Shown here piece after piece: positions 10,417-19,358 of a DNA stretch of 64,000 nucleotides (position 1 is the first letter of the stretch; each line of letters opens with the position of its first letter). The stretch is from NCBI GenBank assembly GCA_965261085.1, contig OZ253442.1, positions 1,376,001-1,440,000 on the forward strand, in the 5' to 3' direction. This stretch comes from a bacterium. GTDB taxonomy: Bacteria > UBA8248. The translations under genes and the position numbers were made by a program. A model generated the notes under the pieces. The model was given only the letters and a program-made list of their open reading frames with translations, had not been told where the DNA came from and made no database searches.

Positions 10417-11370
10417 ATGGTGGAACGCAGAAGCTATTCGGGAATCCTGCCCGCGATGCAGGTTCCCATGCTGGACAACCTGGATATCGACGAGGCCGAA
10501 CTGCGCCGCTTCTCCTCATGGCTGGCCGGGTTCGAAGGGGTGAACGGGCTCGTCACCAACGGCCACACGGGCGAGGTATTCTCACTCACCGCGCGTGAGC
10601 GCGCCGAGGTGACGAGAATCGTCGCCGACGCCGTCGGCGGAAGCGTGCCGGTCATCTCGGGTCTCGCGTGCGAGGGCATCCGCGACGGCATAGAACACGC
10701 CGAGATGGCCCGGGAAGCGGGTGCCGACGGGCTGCTCGTGATGCCGTTTCACCACTGGCTGCGCTTCGGACATCGTCCGCAGCACGTCATCGACTACTTC
10801 ACGGCGATAGGCGAGGCGTCCGACCTGAACCTCGTGGTGCACGTGTATCCCGCGTGGACGAAGGCGAGCTACAGCTCTGAGCTTCTGGGCGAACTCGGCC
10901 AGATTCCCTGGGTCACATGCTTTAAGGTCGGCACGCGCGAGATGTCGCAATACGCGCGCGACATCGCCTCCATCCGCGAGAACGCGCCCGATACGACGAT
11001 CCTGACCTGTCACGACGAATATCTTCTCGCCTCGATGGTGCAGGGCGTGGACGGCGCGCTCGTCGGGTTCGCCTCGTTCATTCCCGACATCATCACCGCG
11101 CTCTATGAGGCCGTAAAGAACGGCGACCTGCACCGCGCGCAGGAGATACAGGCCCGGATTCTCCCGCTCAAGGAAGTCGTCTATTCGAGCGGCGAACCCT
11201 CAGGGGAGGCCCACGCGCGCATGAAGACGGCGATGGTGCTCGCCGGGCGCTTCAAGTCGCCCGCCGTGCGGCCCCCGAGCGAGGTCGCCAAGGGACGCAC
11301 GTTCGAGGCGATCAGAAACGCCGTGGAGCAATCGGGCCTGCTGGCGCTGGAAGCCACGACAGCCGGATAG
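10417..11370 (+). CDS. Dihydrodipicolinate synthase (DapA-like) family aldolase/dehydratase
   Basis: NGHTGE variant of GTTGE, AGADGLLVMP, Schiff-base Lys in FKVG; catabolic context, so probably not DapA itself. Confidence 0.88.
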   Translation: MVERRSYSGILPAMQVPMLDNLDIDEAELRRFSSWLAGFEGVNGLVTNGHTGEVFSLTARERAEVTRIVADAVGGSVPVISGLACEGIRDGIEHAEMAREAGADGLLVMPFHHWLRFGHRPQHVIDYFTAIGEASDLNLVVHVYPAWTKASYSSELLGELGQIPWVTCFKVGTREMSQYARDIASIRENAPDTTILTCHDEYLLASMVQGVDGALVGFASFIPDIITALYEAVKNGDLHRAQEIQARILPLKEVVYSSGEPSGEAHARMKTAMVLAGRFKSPAVRPPSEVAKGRTFEAIRNAVEQSGLLALEATTAG

Positions 11371-11413
11371 TCGTTCGTTTCATAGGGGAACCCAAACAAG
11401 GGAGAGAAAACCC

Positions 11414-12427
11414 ATGCTCAAGAAGAGAATACGCTTCAAGGGCCTCATGGCCGCCCTTCTGCTGGCTGCGTCGACCCTGGTCGCCGCTCCTGCGGCGTAC
11501 GCCGCCGATCCGTTCAGCATCGGCGCGATGCGGCCCGGTTCGGCCTGGTACGTCTTCGGCGCGACGCTGGCCCAACTGCTCAAGCCCAGCCTGCCCAAGG
11601 GCAGCAACCCCGAGGTCATCGCGCGCGGCGGAGGCGTCAGCAATCCCGCCGCCGTGGACAAGAAAAAGGCGACCATCGCGCTCTCGAACGTGGCTTCGGC
11701 GCTTTGGGCCTACAATGGCCTACAGGGCGTCTACAAGCAAAAGCACAACAACATCCGCGCGCTCATCGGCGGGCTGAACAAGGTGCGCGTCACCGCCATG
11801 GTGACCGAGAGCTATATCAAGCGAACGGGCAACGACACGCTCGAAAAAGCGCTGCTCTCCAAGCCGCCCGCGCGCATCGTCATGAAGCCGGCGGGCAGCA
11901 CCGTCCCCGTCGTCGCCGACATGCTCATGGCTGCGCTGGGAACGAGCCGCAAGGACATGAAGGCTCGGGGCGGTAAGATCTTCCAGGTGGCCGCGAACCA
12001 GATTCCGGCGATCATCAAGGACGGCCGCGCGGACCTCTATTTCGAGGTCGCCATCCCCAGGCACCCGACGGTGACGGAGGTCACGACCACCAACGCGATG
12101 CGCTTCCTGAGCTTTCCTCCTAAGGCGCTCAAGGCTCTCGCCGCCCAGGGCTTGAGAACGGCGGCCGTGCCGGGCAAGTGGTTCAAGGGGATCAAGGGAA
12201 AGGTGTTGGCCGTCGACCTCGGCACCGTGCTCATCGCGCACAAGGACATGTCGGATTCGCTCGCCTACACCATCACGAAAACGCTGGCCGAGAACAAGAA
12301 GGCTATGGGCAAGGCCCACGCGGCCTGGAGATTCTTCAAGCCCGAAAACGGCGGCAAATCCGCGAGCGTCGGGGTGCCGCTGCATCCGGGCGCGGCGAAG
12401 TATTTCAAGGAAAAAGGCTGGCTGTAG
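11414..12427 (+). CDS. TAXI family TRAP solute-binding protein
   Basis: Signal peptide, PGSAWY, GGGVSN, terminal VPLHPGAAKYFKEKG. Confidence 0.92.
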   Translation: MLKKRIRFKGLMAALLLAASTLVAAPAAYAADPFSIGAMRPGSAWYVFGATLAQLLKPSLPKGSNPEVIARGGGVSNPAAVDKKKATIALSNVASALWAYNGLQGVYKQKHNNIRALIGGLNKVRVTAMVTESYIKRTGNDTLEKALLSKPPARIVMKPAGSTVPVVADMLMAALGTSRKDMKARGGKIFQVAANQIPAIIKDGRADLYFEVAIPRHPTVTEVTTTNAMRFLSFPPKALKALAAQGLRTAAVPGKWFKGIKGKVLAVDLGTVLIAHKDMSDSLAYTITKTLAENKKAMGKAHAAWRFFKPENGGKSASVGVPLHPGAAKYFKEKGWL

Positions 12428-12501
12428 ACCGGCCACGGCGGGGCGGGGGACGGCGGGTTTCGTCCTCCGCCCCGTTTCCTCGCAGCGGGGTTTCATGAGC
12501 C

Positions 12502-14367
12502 ATGCGCATGGTCACGCTCGCTATCGGCGCCCTCTGGCTGGCGTTCCAGATGTGGATCGTCTTCTACCCCCAGGCGCCGCTGGTCGAGCGGCCCCTCCAC
12601 CTGCTTCTGGCGCTGGCGCTCGTCCTTCTCTTCAATCCACTGAGTACAACAGGCGCTCCGGGGCGGCGCGCCCGCCTGATGGACGCCCTGCTGCTGGCGG
12701 GGACGCTGGCCGTCTTTGCGTATTACGCCCTTTCATCGACCAGGCTCACCGAACGCATGGAAATCATCGACCCGGTGCTCGCCGTCGACGTGGCGGCTTT
12801 TGCGCTCATCATTGTGCTGTTGTTCGAGGGCGTGCGCCGCACGGTGGGCTGGCCGCTCCTGGGCGTTTTGCTCGTTTTTTTCGCCTATGCGTTCATCGGC
12901 AAGATGCTGCCCGGCGCTTTCGGTTTTAGGGGTTTCACGATCGACGAAGTGGTCGAGATCATGACCATGACGACCAACGGCGTACTGGGGATCACCACGG
13001 CGACCTCCCTCCAGTTCGTCTTCTACTTCGTTCTCTTCGGGGCGGTCTACTCGGGCATCGGCGGCGGGCAGTTGTTCATCGACCTCGCGCTCAAGGTGGC
13101 GGGCCGCTTCGCCGGAGGCGCAGCGAAGGCAGCCGTCGTGAGTTCGAGCCTGATGGGGTCGATCAGCGGCAGCGCGGTGGCGAACGTGGCGACGACGGGC
13201 GTTTTCACCATCCCGCTGATGAGGAAGACCGGCTACGGGCCGGCGCACGCGGGCGCCGTGGAGGCCATCGCTTCCACCGGCGGCCAGTTGATGCCGCCCA
13301 TCATGGGCATCGCCGCGTTCGTGATGGCGGAGATGTTGCAGATATCCTACGCGCGCATCGCAGCCGCCGGACTCATCCCGGCGCTGGCGTTCTACACCGC
13401 CATCTTTATCTACATCGACCTGCGCGCCCGGGCGGAGGGAGCGCTCGCGCTCGATGCGAGTGAGCTGACGCCCGAAGACCCCATCGCGGGAAGACTCTAC
13501 CTGCTCCTGCCGCCACTGGTGCTGATCGCCATGCTGGTCGCGGGCTTTTCGGCCACATACGCCGCCGTCATCGGCACGGCCTCGTGCGTGGTGGTCGCCT
13601 ACCTTCGCCGCAAGAGCTGGCTTAACGTTTCCGAATGGTTCGAAGTGGTGCGCAGCGGCGCGCGACAGGCCGCGGAAATCGCCGTGCCCATCGCCGCCAT
13701 CGGCATCATCATCGCCGTCGCCATCCAGTCGAACCTGGCGCTCAAGTTCTCCTCCGGGCTCATCGGCGCATCGGGCGGTAAACTCTATCTCGCCATGTTC
13801 CTCATCATCATCGGGTGCCTCATCATGGGCATGGGCCTGCCGACGGTCGCCGCCTACATCATCGGCGCCATCCTCTTCGTGCCGGCGCTCAAGGATTTGG
13901 GAATCGCCGAGCTTCCCGCTCATTTCTTCGTCATGTATTACTGCGTGCTCTCGATGGTCACGCCGCCGGTGGCGCTGGCGTCGTTCACCGCGGCGGGAAT
14001 CTCAGGCGCAGGCTCGATGGAGACGAGCTTGATCGCCTTTCGCTTGAGCCTCGTTTCGTTCCTGATCCCCTTCGCCTTCGCGTTCGACCCGAGATTGTTG
14101 GGGCAGGGCGATTTGGGCTGGGTCGCCCTGGCGTGCATCTCGCTTTTCGGCGCGACGGGCGCATGGGCGGTCGCGCTCAGCGGTTACCTCAGAGGCTTCC
14201 TGCGTTTCCCCGAACGCGCTCTCTACGGTGCAGTCGCCGTGGCCGTCATTCTGTTCCCGACCGGCGGGGCCGCGTGGGCGTTCGCGTTCACGGCGCTCCT
14301 CGTTCTCGCGGCTTGGGGACTGTGGTTCGGCCCGCGTATGCGCGCATCGGGACGCGAGGGAATCTGA
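12502..14367 (+). CDS. TRAP fused 4TM/12TM permease
   Basis: GGAAKAAV, SGSAVANV, ASTGGQLMPPIMG, GMGLPT, TPPVALAS. Confidence 0.95.
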   Translation: MRMVTLAIGALWLAFQMWIVFYPQAPLVERPLHLLLALALVLLFNPLSTTGAPGRRARLMDALLLAGTLAVFAYYALSSTRLTERMEIIDPVLAVDVAAFALIIVLLFEGVRRTVGWPLLGVLLVFFAYAFIGKMLPGAFGFRGFTIDEVVEIMTMTTNGVLGITTATSLQFVFYFVLFGAVYSGIGGGQLFIDLALKVAGRFAGGAAKAAVVSSSLMGSISGSAVANVATTGVFTIPLMRKTGYGPAHAGAVEAIASTGGQLMPPIMGIAAFVMAEMLQISYARIAAAGLIPALAFYTAIFIYIDLRARAEGALALDASELTPEDPIAGRLYLLLPPLVLIAMLVAGFSATYAAVIGTASCVVVAYLRRKSWLNVSEWFEVVRSGARQAAEIAVPIAAIGIIIAVAIQSNLALKFSSGLIGASGGKLYLAMFLIIIGCLIMGMGLPTVAAYIIGAILFVPALKDLGIAELPAHFFVMYYCVLSMVTPPVALASFTAAGISGAGSMETSLIAFRLSLVSFLIPFAFAFDPRLLGQGDLGWVALACISLFGATGAWAVALSGYLRGFLRFPERALYGAVAVAVILFPTGGAAWAFAFTALLVLAAWGLWFGPRMRASGREGI

Positions 14368-14405
14368 ATCATGAGGCCGGGCGTTTCTTAGGGAGAATCG
14401 ATCAG

Positions 14406-15239
14406 ATGAATTGGCGCCTGTTTCATCATAAAACTGGTTGCGAACATCCGTTCCCGGCGGTGTGTATCCGCTTCGCGGTGGTTTGCTTTATGTTGCCGGC
14501 GGCTTGGTGCGTATTCCCGAAGGCGCAAGTTATTGGGGCGACTGCTGCGGCTCCCACCGTCGTGCTGGCGGACTCCCGGAAGCCCCCAAAGGTCTCCGAG
14601 GCCGCTCTGCTGGCCCACCGGATACTGGCGAGAGAAACCGACGATTTACTCCTTGACGCGAAGCGGCGGCGCGAACTCGCTCGTGAAATCGAGGGGGTTC
14701 TGGTGCGGCTTAGATACGCGCACCCCGAGGTGGCTGAGATTTCCGCCCGGGCGGCCCATCTGCCCGGAGTGCTTCTCCTGGGCGTAAAGCCTGATTTGAT
14801 GGATATCGTCTCGCGTCTGCTTAGGGGTAAAAGCGGACCCGTGGCGCTGCGCACCGGGAAGGCGGCGTTCGACGCCCTGAACGCGAGGCTTGGGCTTCGG
14901 GCCGTGCGTCTGTTCCGCCGCACGGGCGTCCTCCTCATGCGCTTGAGCGAGCGAGCAAACGTCCAAGCGGCGCGAAGGGCGTACCTGAAGATTGCGGGAG
15001 TCGAATACGCCGAAGCCGACGCGCACCTGGGAGATGGCTCCGACATCGAAGCGTCGAAAGCGGGTGATGCCTGGCATATCGTCGTTCGCAAGGCGTGGGG
15101 GGATTGCCCCGCCGGCTGCATCTACAAGAAGATGTTTTTCTTCATCGTGAGGGATGAAAAAAACGAGCGAATCGAACCCTCGAAAGCAACAGGGATGCCC
15201 GAATTCAGGAAACTCCTCGAAACAAGAAAGTGGCGTTGA
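14406..15239 (+). CDS. Hypothetical, probably exported, protein with C-terminal WGDCPAGC motif
   Basis: Protein-like 3' part of ORF 13815-15239; the 5' part is a shadow frame over the permease; start codon uncertain. Confidence 0.65.
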   Translation: MNWRLFHHKTGCEHPFPAVCIRFAVVCFMLPAAWCVFPKAQVIGATAAAPTVVLADSRKPPKVSEAALLAHRILARETDDLLLDAKRRRELAREIEGVLVRLRYAHPEVAEISARAAHLPGVLLLGVKPDLMDIVSRLLRGKSGPVALRTGKAAFDALNARLGLRAVRLFRRTGVLLMRLSERANVQAARRAYLKIAGVEYAEADAHLGDGSDIEASKAGDAWHIVVRKAWGDCPAGCIYKKMFFFIVRDEKNERIEPSKATGMPEFRKLLETRKWR

Positions 15240-15367
15240 CGACGGGCGTGCGGGATGAGAGTCTCACCCCCGCTTCCAGATGACAGATAAACTTTGCTTG
15301 CTGCGAACAGGGGTAGCAGGGTCATTATCAACCAGTCGAGAGACGCACCCGAGGAGGAACTGAAACA

Positions 15368-15745
15368 ATGAACATCGCATATGTTTTCGCCACCGACATG
15401 TCGGCCACCTACAAGCTCGGCACCATGATCCTGCCGCAACTCGAAGCCGGCACGCACGGTGTGAACGTCGTCGGCATGTTTTTCTTCGACGATAACCTGT
15501 TCTGCCTGCGCGAGGGCGATGAGATAGGCGAGCGTCTGGCCAAGGTCGCCGCGGAGCAGAACATCCTCCTCATGGTCTGCGATCAGTGCGCCGTGCGGCG
15601 CAACCTCGCCGAGGGCACGTTCGAGCAGTGCGGATCGGGCGACGTGACGGCGAAGGGCCTGGTGGCCGGCGTGGGCGCCGGCTGCTTCCCGCAGCTCTAC
15701 ACGGCGCTCGCCCCCGCCGCGCCCGACCTCGTCATCACGCTGTAG
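15368..15745 (+). CDS. DsrE-fold protein resembling the SaoD/DsrE family
   Basis: GAGGAGG RBS; MILPQLE.G.HG..VVGMFFFDDN, CDQCA and GCFP motifs. Confidence 0.75.
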   Translation: MNIAYVFATDMSATYKLGTMILPQLEAGTHGVNVVGMFFFDDNLFCLREGDEIGERLAKVAAEQNILLMVCDQCAVRRNLAEGTFEQCGSGDVTAKGLVAGVGAGCFPQLYTALAPAAPDLVITL

Positions 15746-15831
15746 GGCTTGGCGGATAGACCCGTATTTCGATCTGTGATTCTTCTGTTTCCGATCGGGA
15801 TTGCCTTAGCCCCCTTGAGGTGCACTTCAAC

Positions 15832-16006
15832 ATCACTCCCCCCTTGAGGGGGAGTCGCAGAAGCCGAGCCCTTCTGGGCGAAGGCTGATGCGGTGGGGGG
15901 TCAAACACAAGTAAAGAGGGAGCGATTGCTCCGTCGGGTCCCCCCACCAGTTCGCTTGCGGGCTTGCGCCCTTACCTCGCTGACTCCCCCTCAAGGGGGA
16001 AGTGAT
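15832..16006. repeat. Palindromic MITE/REP-like element with ATCACTCCCCCCTTGAGGGGGAGTC inverted ends
   Basis: About 25-bp terminal inverted repeats that are themselves hairpins; homologous copy at 28147-28298. Confidence 0.85.
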
Positions 16007-16105
16007 TTCAAGTCCAAGGGGAGAGCGATTCCCGCCGCCGTGCATCGCGGACCCTTTACACGACAGCGCTCGGGTGCGGTGGGGTTATCATTACTTTTCC
16101 GAAAC

Positions 16106-16927
16106 TCAGGCGGATTTGAGCATGCAGTAGGAGTGCAGCCCGCTCCACTCGGCGAGCGCCGGGGCGGATTCGGGCGCATGGCGTTTGCAGACGTCCAGCA
16201 TGGCGCCTGATTCGATGATTTCGAGCTTGTTCCTCTTCTCGAAGGCGGAGAGATCGTCGAAGCCCGTCACCCATTTCGCCCCGAAATGGTTTTCGAAATA
16301 ATCCGTGGTCGCCGTCATCGTCTCGTTCCCGGACGTGCGGTTGATGATTTTTTCGGAGAAATAATCAAAGGCGACGATGAGGCGCGGAATCCGCGCGCGC
16401 AGCCTATCCAGAAAATCATGGATCAACTGGGCGGGAAGATACATGGTGTTGCCTTCCCAGATGAAAAGGGTCGGAGCTTCTAAGTCAAAACCCCTCCCGG
16501 CGAGTTCTCCAGGAAGATCGAGTTCGAGATAATTGCCCGGAATCGAAGTGCAGGGCGAAACGCCGCGGGTTTCGAGAATCTTGCGTTTGAACGCGAGCAC
16601 CGCAGGCTGATCGACGTCGCAGAAACGGACGCCTTGGGTTTTGAAAATGTGGGCGCGCATGTCGAAGCCCGCGCCCAGTGTGACGATCTGTTTCACGCCG
16701 TCTGCTATCGCGCGCTCTAAGGTCTCGTTCATGATGCACACCCGGTAGCGCGCCGTCTCCCGGACCGCCGGAAAGTTGTGGATAAGTTCGCGGAACTTCG
16801 CCGTCGCTTCCTCATCAATGAACCACGCAGCAAAAGGGTCCTCGAACAGAGGGCGCGCCTCGTCTTTTTCTATCGAGCGAACGCATGAAGGAAAAAACGC
16901 GGTTGCGCCGATTTCGTTTATGTCCAT
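16106..16927 (-). CDS. SAM-dependent methyltransferase, LCM (leucine carboxyl MTase-like) family, paralog 2
   Basis: LFEDPFA, QIVTLGAGFDMRA, DVDQPAV, WEGNTMYL. Confidence 0.92.
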   Translation of the reverse strand: MDINEIGATAFFPSCVRSIEKDEARPLFEDPFAAWFIDEEATAKFRELIHNFPAVRETARYRVCIMNETLERAIADGVKQIVTLGAGFDMRAHIFKTQGVRFCDVDQPAVLAFKRKILETRGVSPCTSIPGNYLELDLPGELAGRGFDLEAPTLFIWEGNTMYLPAQLIHDFLDRLRARIPRLIVAFDYFSEKIINRTSGNETMTATTDYFENHFGAKWVTGFDDLSAFEKRNKLEIIESGAMLDVCKRHAPESAPALAEWSGLHSYCMLKSA

Positions 16928-16932
16928 TGAAC

Positions 16933-17781
16933 TCAGGACGCTTTGAGCACGCAGTAGGAATACAACTCCAACAGGTCGGCCGCCAGGTCCATCTCTTTTT
17001 TCATTTCCGCCACGGATTCCGGTGCGCGGCGCTCTCCGACCTGCATCAGGCTTGCAGATTCAACCACCTCGAAACCGTGTTTTTCCCTGAAAACGGAGAG
17101 ATCGTCGAAGCCGGTCACCCATTTCACCCCGAAGTTGTTTTCAAAAAGATCCGTGACTTCGGTGATTCTCTCGTCGCCGGACGTGCGGTTGATCACTTTT
17201 TCCGAGTAATAATCAAAGGCGATGGTCATACGCGGAACCTGCGCGCGCAGCCGATCGAGAAAATCATGGATGAGCTCGACCGGCAGATACATGGTATTGC
17301 CTTCCCATATGAACAGGACGGGAGCTTCAATATCGAAGCCCGCTTGCCTGAGTTTTTGAGAAAGATCGACTTCGAGATAATTACACTCGATTCCCGCGCA
17401 GGGCGTGACGCCGTTGGCTTCGAGAACCTTGTTCTTGTACCCGAGCACCGCCGGCTGATCGACGTCGCAGAACTTCACGCCCTCGGTCTGATAAATGTGA
17501 GCGCGCATGTCGAAGCCCGCGCCGAGCGAGACGATCTGCTTCATGCCGTCCGCGATGCCGCGCTCGACGACCTCGCTCATGACGCAAACCCGGTAGCGAA
17601 CCAGCTCCAGCGAGGGCGGGAAAACCCTTATCTGTTCCTGAACCATTTCTTCTATCGCCTCGTTGACGAACAACGCCGCATAAGGATCGTCGAACAGTTT
17701 GTGTTCCCGGTCTTTTTCCATCGCACGGATACAGGAAATCACGAACGCGGTCGCGCCGATTTCATTGATGATGTCCACCAC
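16933..17781 (-). CDS. SAM-dependent methyltransferase, LCM family, paralog 1
   Basis: LFDDPYA, QIVSLGAGFDMRA, WEGNTMYL; colinear with the adjacent paralog. Confidence 0.92.
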   Translation of the reverse strand: MVDIINEIGATAFVISCIRAMEKDREHKLFDDPYAALFVNEAIEEMVQEQIRVFPPSLELVRYRVCVMSEVVERGIADGMKQIVSLGAGFDMRAHIYQTEGVKFCDVDQPAVLGYKNKVLEANGVTPCAGIECNYLEVDLSQKLRQAGFDIEAPVLFIWEGNTMYLPVELIHDFLDRLRAQVPRMTIAFDYYSEKVINRTSGDERITEVTDLFENNFGVKWVTGFDDLSVFREKHGFEVVESASLMQVGERRAPESVAEMKKEMDLAADLLELYSYCVLKAS

Positions 17782-18052
17782 CGTTGCTCCTCTGGATTGC
17801 GGATGCCGCTCCTCTCCCTCGAGAAGAGGGGATGCGCGCCTCGTGTGTCCTGGCTTGCCGGGAATGGATAATAGCCGAGTGTGGCGGGGGCGGGCAATTC
17901 GGTGAGAGCATCTCCCGCCGCGTTATGTCGGCCGCTATGGATGATATGGACAGGTGCGCAGGGAAGAACCTGTGTGTTCTCCCTGGGTGGTGCGTTCGCC
18001 TTGCCGCGCAATCGTATGTGCCGGATTCCAAGACGGGCGGACACGCAGGTGG

Positions 18053-18068
18053 CAGACATATATGTCTG
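18053..18068. promoter_or_regulatory. Perfect 16-bp palindrome CAGACATATATGTCTG, candidate operator
   Basis: Exact dyad symmetry in the intergenic region upstream of the methyltransferases. Confidence 0.4.
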
Positions 18069-18131
18069 ACCCTACGAAACCATCGCCGCCGAGCGGGCGC
18101 GACTTGCTGCCCAGAGTGACGAAGATTCTCT

Positions 18132-18557
18132 TCAGTCCACGACCGCAATCGCGTTGACCTCCACCAGGCACCTGGGGTCGGTGGCGAGGCGCACGACCTG
18201 AAGCGTGGTGGAGGCGGTCCGGTGGTCGCCGAAATACTCTTTTCGGATGGCTCCCGCCTCGACGGCGCCCTCCATCGTCGTCGAGAAGAACTGGAAGAAG
18301 ACGATATCACTGAACGTCCCACCCACGGCCTCGAGGCTTTTCTTCAGGTTCTCGAGGGCCATGCGCGTCTGGGTGGGCAGATCGTCCGGGAGCGTATCGA
18401 ACTCCTCGGGCCGGTGGGGATGGTGGTGGTAGGGCGGCGCGGCCGTGACCCCCGCAAAATAGACGGTCGTCCCGCCGCTCGCCTTGACGGCCATCGAGTA
18501 GGGGGTCCAGACGTCGAGCCTGTCGGGCCAATCCACGGTTTCGATCTGCTTCGGCAT
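18132..18557 (-). CDS. RidA/YjgF/UK114 family protein
   Basis: PYSMAV, QTRMALENLKKSLEAVG, C-terminal LVEVNAIAV. Confidence 0.9.
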   Translation of the reverse strand: MPKQIETVDWPDRLDVWTPYSMAVKASGGTTVYFAGVTAAPPYHHHPHRPEEFDTLPDDLPTQTRMALENLKKSLEAVGGTFSDIVFFQFFSTTMEGAVEAGAIRKEYFGDHRTASTTLQVVRLATDPRCLVEVNAIAVVD

Positions 18558-18903
18558 CGTCGGTCTCCTTCAAGTATGAAAAAGTCGAAAGTCAGGCTCA
18601 TGCGCGGCAATCGACGCCGGGGGAGGGAGGCGATCCGCCCGATCGTCCCGCTCCCTGGTCCCGGACTTGCGCTTGGCGAATGGATAATTCTATTTTGAAT
18701 TCAGGTCTTTCGTCACCTTGCTCCCCGGATCGATTCTCCTTAACCTGTAGATGGTGAAATACAAACTGGATGGCTATTCCCCTCCGATTGACAGCTTAAA
18801 GGTTCGGTCGAGTTTTGTGCAGTACGCGATTTGAAAGGTGGTAAGGAGGGGAGTGCGGCTGAATATACGGTGTTGACTTTGGCGCAGAGGAGAAATGAAG
18901 AAA

Positions 18904-19296
18904 ATGGCGATTGTCGGCGCATTTCATCATGTCCATATGATCAGCAGGGATCCCGACGGGGTAGCCGATTGGTTCGAACGCTTCTTCGGGAGTGAGATAG
19001 TGGCCGAGCAGTTTCCGGCCGGGGCGCGCAACCTCGTCCTCCGGGTGGGGGAAGGGACGCTCAGCGTGCGCACCCCCCGGCCCTCGGACGGACTCACGGA
19101 AGCGGATGGCCCTCGCCCCAAGGGGTACGGAATCCATCACTTCTGCTTCGTAGTGGATGACCTGAAAGGATTACTCGAGGACTTGCGCGCCAATGGGGTG
19201 ACAAATATCCAGGAGATGCCCGTCCACGTGAGTGGCAAGTTCGCCGCCTTTATCGAGGGCCCCGAGGAAATGCCCATCGAGCTCATTCAGGCCTGA
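18904..19296 (+). CDS. VOC/glyoxalase family protein
   Basis: FHHVH, GIHHFCFVVDD, FIEGPE..PIELIQ; alternative start at 18895. Confidence 0.88.
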   Translation: MAIVGAFHHVHMISRDPDGVADWFERFFGSEIVAEQFPAGARNLVLRVGEGTLSVRTPRPSDGLTEADGPRPKGYGIHHFCFVVDDLKGLLEDLRANGVTNIQEMPVHVSGKFAAFIEGPEEMPIELIQA

Positions 19297-19358
19297 CCCG
19301 GGCGGCCAGGAGTAGACGTTTCCGAAGTCCACCTCACCCTAAGCCGATTATCGGGATG

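Noticed and set aside
17782-18131. SAM or cobalamin riboswitch upstream of the methyltransferases (also 32930-33360 upstream of the QueG-like pair)
   Set aside because: No conserved aptamer core recognised by eye; an Rfam/Infernal scan would be needed.
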